In this document: positions 33,600 to 45,869 of the stretch, one piece after another
Numbering within the stretch: the stretch's first letter is position 1
Layout of the letters: the number at the start of each line of letters is the position of its first letter
DNA from: Paramoeba atlantica
Taxonomy: Eukaryota > Protista > Discosea
Length of the DNA stretch: 64,000 nt
Reading direction: 5' to 3'
NCBI GenBank assembly: GCA_977017575.1
Contig: CDRNVI010000144.1
Span: 186,001-250,000 of the forward strand
Made by a program: the position numbers and the translations under genes
Notes under the pieces: generated by a model
The model's input: the letters and a program-made list of their open reading frames with translations, nothing else
Database searches by the model: none
Told to the model about the DNA's origin: nothing

Positions 33600-36050
33600 T
33601 GTTTTGCTTATAGTGTTGCAAACCTTCAAGCTTTAACTTGTAATTTCACAAAGTAATTCATTTAAAGCATAATTTTTTCTAGTATGGGTTTTGAACACTG
33701 CCTTGGTAAGAATTATACAATCTTCAACAATTATAATCTCTTTTATCATTAATTTAACACTTTGTATCCCTTTCAAGCAGCCTGTAAATTCACCAATATT
33801 GTTAAAGCCAAAAGAAATGGTTTCAAACCCACCACATATCTCTCTTTCTTCCCTGAAAACTGCAAAACCTGCACCCCCTAGATGAGGGTTTGTATATTTT
33901 GAACCATTCTAAAACATTTAAAAGCCTTTGAATTTAAAACTTTTCTTCTTTTTAGATCCTTTTTTGGTTTGAATCCTTAGAGGCCAAGGGAGGATTTTAT
34001 TCTTTCTCAGGATTTTTCTAAAAATTTTTTTAGTATACTAGGTTGATTTAGTTCCTTTTGCACACACTGTGAGCCACAAACTCAACAGGGCAGCACTCAC
34101 CACAAAGGTTTCTTGCCTGGTAAAATACTTTGAGACAAGGCCACACACTCTTAGTTTCTTGTTAGTTGGGTATTTTCAGCAAAATACATTTCCTTCCTTT
34201 TGCTTGAAGAAGACCCTCAGCCACAGAACATTTTTCCAATAGATGAGATCATAACTCCTTTTCTCAGTGGCAGCTGAGCAACAACTTGAATCTTAGTTTG
34301 AGAAGTGAGACAACTTATTTCTTGTAGATAGCTTTTTTATTAGAAATTTAAGTAAATTCCTTTTAAGCTAAGATTTAATTGCATGAGTCAAATTGTACAC
34401 CACACATTCAGCTCTTCCTTCCCCCACATACAAGTCTTTGATTTCAATTGGAATCATTTGAGACATATTGGTATATGCAACACAAGTGGCCTGACCAAAC
34501 ACAACTTTGGAAGAAAGACTTTGAGTTCAAAGGGGATAGCATAAAGTAAGAACAGAGGTTTTAGTGTTGGCATAGGCACCCAGGGCTGAGCAGAGGGATT
34601 TCCACATCAAAGAGGTGACAGATTTTAGGATCAACTTGAATCTCACTAAGTATTCCATACATGGAGTTAGATAGGTATTGACCATCTTCACTCTTGAGCA
34701 AAAATTCCCACCTCTCTTTTTAATTGCTGTTCCAACTTTCTTCATCTTTTGAACCACCTTCTCCCAATCTTTGAGAGGAGATAACCATTTACTCAATCTC
34801 ACTCCCAGTTTCATCACCACAGTAATTGGGTCTTGCCATCTCAGACCAGGGGTTTACTGGTTTGTAAGACTCAGTTGAGAGGACAAAGCACTTATTAAAG
34901 TTCAGTTTAGCTCCAGTCACTTCTTCATATTTCTTAAAGGTTGGAGTGAGAGAATTGATGGTTTCAGCTCTCTAAAGCACCATCCCCAAATCATCCATAA
35001 AGCCTGGCAGATCTTGGGGGTTGTGTTTCTTCTTCAAACTCACAATGAGGATGTCAAACACAATCACAAACAATAGAGGGGAGATTGGGCATCCTTGTCT
35101 AACTCCTGTCCATCTTTGGATTGATTCTTTGGTGCCTGCCCTCTTGGATCCACCAATATTTAGCAGCCAGGTTACATATTCACAAAGGACTTTCTCAACA
35201 ACATAGATTGCTTTAGGGGGGTGTTCAAACCTTTGAGAATATGAAGGAGTGCATCACAATTCACATAATCATATGCCTTGCAAAAGTCTGTTTGGAGGAG
35301 AGTCACATCTTTCCCCTCTGCCAAAGCTTTGTAAAAAGAGTCATATACTGATTCTACTGCTTCATCAATTGATTTCCTGAAAATCCATAACCTCACTTGC
35401 TTGTTGAATTAGTTCTACCCACATATCAAAGTACTTCTCTTGTGTTGCCTTATACAAAGAGAAGGGAATACCATCAGGTCCTGTGCTGGTGTTGTTGGTT
35501 CTCTGAAGTAGTTTATTGACTTTCTTCCTGTCTACATTATGTTTCTCAACTGGGGGGAAATGAGGTTGGTGGTCAGCAATCAGTTCATCAAGAGAATCTT
35601 TGTTATATGGTCTTTCTGTGCTGAGAAGACCCTCCCAAAAATCCTTAATTGCTTTTTTAACCACATTATCATCATGAGAGATCACCCCATCCATGATTAC
35701 ATGTTGCTTTTAACAAAAAGATGAAGACCATCTTTGCTCCAAGTTAACAGATCTGTCAGGTCTGTCTGAATGAGTGTATAGTGGTGTGGTTCTACAAATT
35801 GACTTTTAGTTGAATGTTTGTTTAGAAAGAAACCATATTTTTTTGGAAATGAACATCATATAATTGGTTGAGGGGAGACTAAAGTGATATTTTTTCTTGA
35901 AATTGTCAAGGGAAAGTTCCATCCTCTTGAAATTCCTGAAATGGGCTTGTTCAAGTTTCAACCTCCATCAGGTTTTGGAGTGAAAACTGTTGGTTTAATG
36001 CTTTACATGAGAGTGAGCTTAAGCTGCACTTGCAATCATAGTGTTTTTAG
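33600..36050 (-). mobile_element. Decayed L1/Tx1-like non-LTR retrotransposon (RT, zinc finger, RNase H); boundaries approximate
   Basis: Motifs STGPDGIP, LQTDFCKAYD, GVRQGCPISPLLF, FMDD and RVKMVNTYL, then a Cys cluster near 34050-34150. RNase H-like NGSKYTNPHLGGAGF...FNNIGEF...EDC follows. Many stops and frameshifts. Confidence 0.8.
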
Positions 36051-36518
36051 GATTGAAGTGACTTCAAATATCCCTTTTGAGCCTTCAAAAAAAATCTGAT
36101 GTTATATCCATATGTTCACTCTTGTGGTCTCTTTTCTGATTTGTTTGTTTTTTGGTTGAATGAAGATGGTGAAGGTTGAAGAAATGGAACAAAAAAGAAA
36201 AAGAAAAAGGAAAAAAAGTGTGTGTTTATTATTCTTTTGATGATTGGATTGTTTGATTTGAAAAAAAAAGTTATGCATAGAAGTTGAAGGTGATGATGTT
36301 GTGAAAGGGAAAAAAAGAACCTGTTTTGTTAATTGATCCAAACAGAAACTCTTTCACCAGAGACTCCCATTCCTGGATGTATTCTCAGTGATCTTGACTT
36401 GACACTGATTGTTTGAAGAAACTCTGATTCAAGTTCTTCTTCTTCTTCTTCTTCATTGTCTGGGTCAATACAACCTGATGTAAGCTCATGAAGAAAACAC
36501 TGATCACAGTAATCTTCA

Positions 36519-36824
36519 ATGTCTTTGGCTGAACATTGGAAAACTTTTGAAAGTGAAAGGAATTGGCCAGGGACACAAGACTTGGTCCTCCCTCATCTCA
36601 ACTTATGGCAATATATAGCTTTTGAAATGTTCTCAAGTAATTGCATGAATCTGGTCCAGTGGTTTGCTCAATCTGACCAAACCCCTCCACCACCCAAAAG
36701 GAAAAGAGAAGAGGAAATTGACCTCCAAGCAGTAAAGAAGCAAATGCTGACACAACTCAATGAAATGATTGAGAATTGTAAGGACCTTGATGAACTCAAA
36801 AGAAAATTGGACAAACAAAAATGA
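36519..36824 (+). pseudogene. Small ORF resembling a hAT C-terminal dimerisation domain plus a coiled coil
   Basis: EHWKTFESERNWPGTQDLVLPHL...AFEMFSS loosely matches the W..P.L..LA...E..FS pattern. Confidence 0.25.
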
Positions 36825-38963
36825 TCCAACTGTTACTGTTCATCATGAGCAAGATGACAGTTTCACTCTCATCATTGGAGATCTGGAAAGAGATTTGTTT
36901 TGAAACTTTGCTCCCCTGCTCAAACCAGACAAGAGTCATCAGAAAACATGAATCAACTTGCTCCCTCAACAAACAGTCATCATTTTGGGTCTGAGGTGTT
37001 GCATGGGTCAACTTGTTCTCCAGTGTGCACTCCAAGAGCCCACATCACTCAAGGTTTCAGCATTGGCCAAAACACTGAGTATGCAATTGATAGGTCAACT
37101 TTGTATAAGACATTTGTTAATGCATTGATGGGTCAACTTTCAATTTCAGTCTCAAACACCAGGCCACTCAAGTGGTGATGCTCTCACTGAACCTTATCTG
37201 GAATGGAGGAGGATGTTGAGTGCACACACCCATGCCAAAACCAAATGTAGGGCACAAAAGAGTCACCCAAAAGATTAATGCTTTATCTGAGCAAGACTTA
37301 GTTTGAATAACTGATGAACAAACTCTTAAAGAGAGGGGTAAGGACAAGCAGAGATATTGGAGAGGAGACAAAGCAATAGACCTGAATTGAACAAATGGCT
37401 GATTCATTTTGTAAACAAATGAGAAATCTTCTCTTGAATGGAATATTACCAGAATCAAAAATAGAAGCAAAGAATAATCAATTTTGAATTTCCAATCCTG
37501 TGTCCACAAGTTCATCTTGCATGATCTGACATCTTTAAAGTAAATTAAAAACCAGAGGAGAAGAAGGCAAAGAAGAAGGAAGGGGTAAGACAAGAGTGGA
37601 TGAGGGGCAAAATGGGGCACACAGGAGATGGACAAAAAGCGCACACATCATCAGAAGGAATGCAATATCTCAAAAGATATCCTTGATCAAAGAATTTAAG
37701 CACTTTCTGCACATAAAAAGCACTCTTGTACCTCATCATTGTAGTCACCATGATCAAATTCAAGCATGGTGTGGAAGACCAGCTTGTGGAATTAATGAGG
37801 GGAATAGGGGGAAATGGAGAAAGAGAATTTAGGACTTGAGAAAGAAATAAAAGAGAGAGAGAGACACATGAGAATGGAAAGGATGAGAAAGTGAAATTTG
37901 ATTTAGGAGAAATCTTCAATCCTATCAACAAGAACAGAAGAAAATGATTCTCTAACACCAACTTTAGGAAATCCAAGGATCTTGAGAGGTGGATGTTATC
38001 AAATGAGGAGGTTCAAGGAGATTTCAAAGAAAGTGATGAAGAAATATGAACCCAAGAGGAGCAAACTAGTAATGCCAATCAGCTCAGTTGGCCAAAAGGA
38101 TGAATATTTCCCCCCTTGATAAGGGTCACTGAGATCCTCAGGGAATGCAAGGGGGGGTCTGAATATTGAGACCTTTTGTCAAGCCACCTTTTGGGCAGTT
38201 AAGAGGAAGCAGCCAAGAACCTATTTGAATGTTGAATTGGCCCAATTGGTTCAGATTGCAATCAGAAAGAAAAGAAGATGGAAGATTGAGATCAAGATAA
38301 ATAAGGGGGGGGTTTTGGAGTTGGCTTGAGAAACTCTACTCCAAAAGGGGAAGAGACCAAAACCAAGGATAATCAAGGGGGATAAACAATGGAAAAGAAG
38401 GCCAGAGAAAGTACTCAAGAAGTATGCAAAGGAACAGGACAAAGAGGAGACTTCACCAACAGCAGCATCTCCAGCCTTTTTGTACCAAAGAGAAAGATTG
38501 ATCTGAGATATGTGAACCACAAAACTGTGAGACTCTGGGAGAAATGTTTCACCATCTTCCAAAAGAAAAGAAAAAACCAGAAAAAAAGAAAAAACCAGAA
38601 AAACCAGAAAAAAAACAAATAAAATTGTTAAACTCTCCAATATATAATATTGTGAACCAAAATAAACCTGATCAAATTGTGCAATATCTTGATGCAATAA
38701 ATGAGGAAATATATAATATATTTGTTCTCATTCTCACTTCTAATCTAAGAGAAGGAAAGAAAAGATTGAAGAAGAGATAAAAAAAATGAAAAAATTCACT
38801 ATGTGGGAATTGAACCTGTTAGATGAATAGATGGTTCTTGCCCTTCTCCTTATTCTCCTGAGGTTTGAAAAAGAAGTTTTTCAATCCCCCTCCTTTGAAA
38901 CAAAAATAGAAGACATTATTTGAAAAATAACTTTCTTCAAAAGAACAATGAACCCCCAGAATT

Positions 38964-39012
38964 TTCATACTCTCTGGGTGCTAATTTGAAAATTTGTACC
39001 CAGAGAGAGTAT
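38964..39012 (+). repeat. Dispersed palindromic element, copy C
   Basis: TTCATACTCTCTGGG-TGCTAATTTGAAAATTTGTA-CCCAGAGAGAGTAT. Confidence 0.85.
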
Positions 39013-42000
39013 AAGTCTTCTTGCTTGAGGTCATTTGAGTTTTGCTTGTATTGCCACTGAACAAGGAAAGAACCAAAATAGTTACTTCTTCAAAAAAGAT
39101 CAAAAGAAATGAGTTCTCTGTTCAAAAAAAAAATGTGAAAAAGGAGGTGAAAAGAAAAGATAAAGAAGATAAAAACTAGTAAGAAAAAGAAAGAAAAAAG
39201 AACCTTGTGTCCTTACCTCTCACAGCTTAATAGATGGTCTCCCTGATCCAGTGTCCCCTCAAGGTAAAATGATTCCCATTTCTCTCAAAGTTCTTGTTTC
39301 TCAAAAGACAAAGGGAATGCCAAATCAAAGAAAGGTCCCAACATTGAACTGGGGTGAGTCATAAAATAATTAAAGAAATAATTGATATTCTCAAGGGTCC
39401 ACCAGGTCTAATCCTCTTAAATAACATCAAAGAAATAATAGTGTTGTTTGAACAATATCAAAAGAACTATTTAACTTGTTCATATAAAACTCCTTACAAT
39501 CCATTCAATTTGTTTTGCCTTTCTTTCAATCTTGGATATTAATCACAAGCACAAAGTGGAGACATTATCATCACAACAAGACACTCCCTCAACAGGTATT
39601 CAACAAAACCAAATAACCCATAACCCAAATATCCAACCAAGAAACAACCACCTCTAAAAACCACCAACAAATAACAAACAACAAAACAATAAAACAACAA
39701 TCCCCCCACAAACAATGCACAATACTCCAGGAACAACAAAACACAAAATAAAGAAGGGGGGAAAACCTGGTGTGATAACAAGGACAAAACAATAGTGGTG
39801 ACAACAACTTGCACAGCAGAAAGTGCCTTTGGTGAGAAGGTGGAAAATCAGAAAGGTGCCAAGTGTATTTTTCTACCCCATCATGAATTCTCCATTATTG
39901 TTTGTGTTAAAAACCACCCACTCTCACTCCCTTCATTCAAAAGGAAAGTCAATCAAAAAATTCAAAATAAAAAACAAAAGGAAAGGGGAAGGAGGAAAGG
40001 AAAAAAAAGAAAAAGGAGGAAAAGAGGGGGAAAAACAAAAGAGATAAGAAGAAAAAAGGTAAAAAAGGGAGAAAAAGGGGAAAGATAAGGAAGAAACAGG
40101 AAGAAAAGAAGAAAAAACCTCTGATTGAAAGCAGATCAATCAAAGAAAAGAACCCTTTTCAATGTAATTCCACTCTTTTCTGATAAGAATTGGAAAATGT
40201 GGAACACTTTTGTCTCTGTTCTAAAATAAAAGATTAAACAAAAGAAAAGGAAGGAAGAAAAAAAAAGAAAGAAAAAAAAAAGAGAAAAAACAAAAAAAAA
40301 AGAGAAGAAAAAAAAGAAAGAAAAAAAACAAGAAAAAAGAAGAAAAAAAAAGAAAAAAAAGAACCTCGTCTGGTGGGATCTCAAGTCTCCCTGACTCCCT
40401 AACTCCTCAGCTCCTCTCTCTCTCTCTCTTTCTCTCTCTTACCAAGAATTGAATCATCTTCTGGGACATTCCAATTCTTTGAGGGTCCCAAATCGCTGAA
40501 AAATGTCAAAGAAGAAAAAAGAGTTGTTTGAACAAATCAAAAGGACTTTTTAATTTGTTCATAAAACTCCAAAACATCACCACAAAATCCCTTCAATTGT
40601 TCTGTCTTTCTTGTTTTTTGGTTATATTGTCATCTAACAGAAAAAGAAAAAAGAAAAGAAAGAAAAATTAGTTTTCCAATTAAAAAAAAACAAAGAAAAA
40701 CAAAGAAAAGAAAAAAAACACATCACAAAACACCCAACAAAATAAAGGTTTTTGATCTTAAGAAAAAGAGAACAAAAAAAGAAAGAAAAAGAAAAAGAAA
40801 AAAAGAAAAAAATACATTTGAACAAGATTCGTGAGTTGAGCGGTCATGTGAATGAATTCTTACTGAAATACCTACAAAGAGAAAAGAAAGAAAGAAGAAA
40901 GAAAGAAAAAAGAAAGAAAGAAGAGGGAAAGAAAGAAAGAAAGAAAGAAGAGGGAAAGAAAAGAAAAGAAATAATAAAAAAAAAAAAATATTATGAAAGG
41001 GAGAGAGAAGAGAGAGAGAGAGAGAGTGGAGAGAGAGAGAGAGAGAAAGAGAGGGAGAGAAGAAAAAGAGAAAGAGAGAGAAAAGTGAGAGAGAAAAGAG
41101 AGAAAGAAAGAAAAGAAAAAAAATCATCTAATCAGAAGAAAAAAAAGAAAAAAAGAAAAAAAGAAAAAAAGAAAGAAAAAGAAAAAAGAAAAGAAAAACA
41201 TTTGAAGAAGATCAGAGAGTCGTGCAAAATTAATTCAACAAGCATTGCCCACTGAGATAGTTGTCCACCAAAAGCCTTTTTTAACAAATAATAGAGAGAA
41301 GAGAGAAAAGAGAGAAAAAGAAAAAGTGGAAGAGAAAGAGAAAGAGAAGAGGAGAGGAGAGAGAGAGGAGAGAAGGAGAGAAGGAGAGAAGGAGAGAATG
41401 AGAAAGAGAGAGAAGAAGAAGAAGAGAAGCAAACAGAGGCCACCCTCCTCTCCCATTCTCTCTCCCCCCCCCCCCAAAAAACCCCCTCCCCCCTTGAACA
41501 CACACACACTCTCTCTCTCTGGAACCTTTTCGCTTCCTCCCTCTCCTCCCTCTCCTTCTTCCCCTCCCTCTTTCATGAGCCAACAAAAAAAAAAACCATC
41601 CGGACCCAAAATAGAGGTCCATCATTCCCTGTTTCAGTTTTTTTTTTTGTGGGTTTGTGGTTTTTTCTCCTTCTCTCTTTTTCTCTTTTTCTCAGTTATT
41701 TTTCTTTTCTTTTGGTGGTTGTATCTCTTTCTTTCTGTTTTTTTTTTACATCCTTTTCTTTTCCTTTACTTCTTTCTTCTTCAAGACCATCACTCTCTCT
41801 CTTTCCTTGATTTGTTTTTTGTTTTTTGTTTTTCATTTTCCGTTTTATGTTTTCCTTTCAGTCCTGCTCCTTTTATTTTAGATTAAAACAAGTTTTTTCT
41901 TCTGAGAAAAGAGAGTTGAAACAAGAAGAGAGATCACAAAGAAATTCTTTGACAAACCTTTGTCCAAAAACAAAATTGAGGTTTTTTCTTTTCTCTCTTC

Positions 42001-42105
42001 TTTTCCTCTCTTTTTTCTTTTCTCTTCTCTCTTCTCTTTTCTTTTTTGTTGATTTTGGATAATTGGATTGATAAAAAGGAGAAAAAAAAGAAAAGAAAAG
42101 AAAAT

Positions 42106-42224
42106 GTCTTCGGTTATACCCAGTTGAAAGCACCCGATCCCATCAGAACTCGGAAGTTAAGCAGCTGTGGGCTCGGTTAGTAGAATGGTGGGTGACCACA
42201 TTCGAATCCCAAGTGCTGAAGACC
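42106..42224 (+). rRNA. 5S rRNA (copy B, two substitutions relative to copy A)
   Basis: Same 119 nt as copy A except GGTCAT>GGTTAT and CCCGAG>CCCAAG. A T-run follows. Confidence 0.92.
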
Positions 42225-42360
42225 TTCTCTTTTTTTCTTCTTTTTCTTTTTCTACTCTTTTTTTTTTTCAAAATTTTAAAATTCTCTTTTTTTCTCTTCT
42301 CCTTCCCCCCCCCTTGTTCTTCCATTTTTGTTTTCCATTGTGATTGTGGGTATTTGTTTT

Positions 42361-42408
42361 TTCATACTCTCTGGGTTCAAATTTTCAGATTCACATCCAG
42401 AGAGTATG
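42361..42408 (-). repeat. Dispersed palindromic element, copy D
   Basis: TTCATACTCTCTGGG-N20-TCCAGAGAGTATG. The spacer is reverse-oriented. Confidence 0.85.
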
Positions 42409-45400
42409 CAAAAATCCAAATGAAAAAAACACAAAAACATTGTCCTCCCAGATGAAATCTTCCAAAAGGGAAAAAGAGAGGAACCAAAAAAAGAATTACC
42501 AGAGAAAAGACAAAGGGAAAACAGCAGTGAGAAAAAAAAGAAAAAAAAGACAAGACAAAAAAAGGGAAAGACAAAAGAAAGAAAAGAAAAAAGGAGGAAA
42601 AAAACAGATGAGAAAAAAGAAAAAAAGAAAACCCAAGAAAAGAAAGAAAAAAAAAGAAAACTCAAAAAAGGGAGACAAAGGAAAAGAGAAGAGAAGAAGG
42701 AAAAAACCTCTCTTTTTGATCAGCCAGAACACCCCTCTCCTCTCCCCTCTCCCTTGAAACATCCCCCCCCCCACCCCTCCTCAAAAAATTATGGTCATAA
42801 CATTTGTGGTTGATATCACCATCCCTTTTGCCCCCCCTCCCCCTCCCCTCCCTTCCCTTTGCAGTTGAACACACCCCACCAATGTGTGAACAGAAAAAGG
42901 CAGTTGTTCAAGTTAGTTTGGAAGCTCCCTCAACTGAGGTCACATCAAGTGGAAAAGAGAATGAAAGAAAGGAAAAAAAGAGAGGGAGGGGGAACTGAAG
43001 AAGTCGGAAGAAGAAAACTGAAGAGGGTGAAGAGGAGAGAAGAAGAGGAAGGAAGAAAAAACAAAAAAAAAAAAACAACCAATTATCAAGCTGACAAAGA
43101 GCATCTTTTCGCCCTTTCTCTTTCCCGAAAAATTAAGGGATCTAAATCAGCGGCTCAACCGCTTTTTTGTTTTGTTTTGTGAAAGGAGAGAGAGAAGAGA
43201 GAAAAGAAAGAGAGAGAGAAAGAAAGAGAGAGACTACTTTATTCAGTAAAAGTTTGTGTTTGGGTTGTTGAATTCAAGGGATCTCCTCTTTTCCTTTGGT
43301 TTTTTTGACCTTTCATGGTTTGTTTCTTTCTTTTGTTTCTTTTGTTTTTCTTTCTTTCTCCTTTTCTTTTTTTTTTTTGTCTTTTTGGATTTTTGTCTCA
43401 ACCTTCCTCGGTTGTTCTGTGGTTTTTTTTTTTTTGTCTTTTCAAACTTTTCAAACTGCTGTTTTTACATTTTTTTCTCTTTTTGAATGTATTTTGGTGA
43501 CCCCCCCAAAAAATCATATTAGGAGGGAGAATGAATACAAGAAAGAGAAAAGAGAGAGAGGCAGGAGGAAGAAAAAAAAAGGGATTATTGCCTTTTCAAA
43601 AAGTAATTGTTAGATTCAATAAAAATCAATTTATTCAAATTTTAAAGAGCAAGTGAGTGGGTGATGTTCCAGCCCCCCCACTCCTCTTTTTTTGTTGTTT
43701 AAAATTGAATTGTTTTGTTGAGAGAAATAAGAATGAGAATTTTATTTGCGACTCCACAGAGTGGCACAAAGAATGCATTGCTTTTGAAGCATTTCAAGTG
43801 AATCAACTCATAAAACAAAGATTTATTTTTGAGAGAGTGAGCTGGTGTTTGCATCTTCATTTTGGTTCTCAACCCTCCCCTTCAAAATTGTGAGAATGGA
43901 TGTTCACCCACTCTAAGCACCTCCCATCAACCCTGACAACAGTGCAATAAAATGTGAGAGTTTAAAGTTTCCATCCTGGAATAAAGGACCTGGACTGGTG
44001 GGGTCATGAATGCCTTTTTTGTGCCATTCAAGAGGAATTTTTATTCTGGGGATGAAGGTCTGTTCAACTGAAAACCATGATCATGTCATTCACCAAATGA
44101 GGAAGACCACATCTTTCTCTGTTTTTTTGGTCTCTGTTCTCCTGCTGCTATTCCTGTCTTCACCATCAACTTGACAAGATGGTGGGTCACTTGTTCATCC
44201 TTCTTCTCCTTGTAGAAACTCGAGATCTTCAGCAGTAAGATTTCTCATCTTGTATTCAATCTTGACATCTCCATGATCATCAAAACGTTCAGTGTATTCA
44301 AAGGCTTGTTGTGTTTCTCCTTGTCTTCTTCAGAGTCGGTGAGCACTTCAACCACATTGAACATTGTATTGAGAGCCTGCACTCAGTTCAAAGCCTTAGC
44401 CTTCTCACATGGGCTTGGTAAACTTGATTGGGGATTCTTGGCGCTTTGTGGACAAGTCACCTTATTGGTAAAACAGGATTCCAGAGGAAGTTGGAAATCA
44501 CAAGCGACCAATTCCCACCACATTCCCCCAAATCCAAAAATTTCGCTTTGTATCGACTACCCTACTCAAAGTTCTCATCAAAGGCTTAGATAAGGTCCGA
44601 TTCGTTGACTGAGCCTCTATTAACCTTATGTTTCTTCATGAGTTCAAATTTCGAATACTTCACCCCATCCAAAACGTCTTCCTCCTCTTCGAGTTGCCCC
44701 AAGTGCTTGTCGAAGACCATCTAGGATAAAGAGGGGTCCACAGTGCCTCAGTCACCATCTCCCAACTAATTGAATCCAGCAAGGTAATATGGAGCTTCAG
44801 ATCATCTCCAAGTTCCTTCACATTTGACCCAATCTTCTGGGTCCAGCTTATCTTTCACTTCTTAACAGAACGAAGACACTTCTTTCAGAGCAGCAAAGTT
44901 GTAATCCTTCACCAGCTTTTTAAGGCTCTCTTTCTGCGACTTGTTGTAGACTGAAGCAGGACATGGGGTGCTTTAAGACAACAGGTTGATATTTGAGAGA
45001 TCTGCCTCTTCATGGTCAATAACTCTCCACTCAAAGTGTTGGTAATCACCTCTGAGAAGTTCTTCAAAGCTTGGAGCTTCCTCCTTTCCATTTCCATGGA
45101 TATATGAGGCCCCTTTTCTGATACCAAAATTCAAAGGAAACAAGTTTGAGATTGACACAATGTAAAACACCAACCAGACGGTTTGGGGGGGGGGGTCAGG
45201 GTTTCCAAAACACCCTCTGCACCTTTATTGCTCTCCAAATTGTCCTGTGCAAGGATGTCAAAAATTCCAGATTGAGGAATTTTGTTGTACACAGCCACAC
45301 ACTCTTTGAGGATTATTTGAGAGACCACAGAATAGATGCTCATTGTTCACTGTAATGAAATAATTGACCATTTTTCTTTTTTGATGAGATTGACATCAAT

Positions 45401-45869
45401 CAAGTTGTGATGATATTGGTTGGTGAAAAAGAGAGCGATGGGGTGGTGATTCTGGAGATTAGATCCAGTAGTCTCTTGTTGATGCAAGTGAGTGGGCTGG
45501 GATGGCCAGAAATCACACACATGATGGGATTGATGGATGATGCTGAAGCTGATTTGTCAACACCAGGAACCAGAACCAGGTTTTTGTTTAGATGAAGATG
45601 ATATCACCCCACATTCAATTTACTCATAAATTCATCAAGAAACTGACACAAAAGTCACACCACAAAATGATTTGTGAAGTTCAACACACTGTATTGAGCT
45701 GCTTGTGATGAGATGGATCCAAAATTGAGAGAACAAGAGAGCAAATTTGCGACCTTTCAAAAAGTGATGGCAGCAGACTGTTTTCTTTCTTGGAATTTGG
45801 TGGGGGTAATGGGTGCACACTAACTTGTCGAGAATCGAAAGCAAGCCAATAAAAACACCTTTATTCCTT

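Noticed and set aside
37100-38620. Coding-like remnant on the plus strand, possibly a transposase
   Set aside because: Many stops and frameshifts, and no motif I can assign with confidence.
38795-38850. tRNA-like B-box remnant (GGTTCAATTCCC on the minus strand); similar remnant near 48740-48800
   Set aside because: No cloverleaf or anticodon arm can be formed; at most these are relics.
43800-45850. Coding-like remnant on the minus strand next to the decayed Crypton
   Set aside because: It does not align with the YR C-terminus and is not identifiable by eye.
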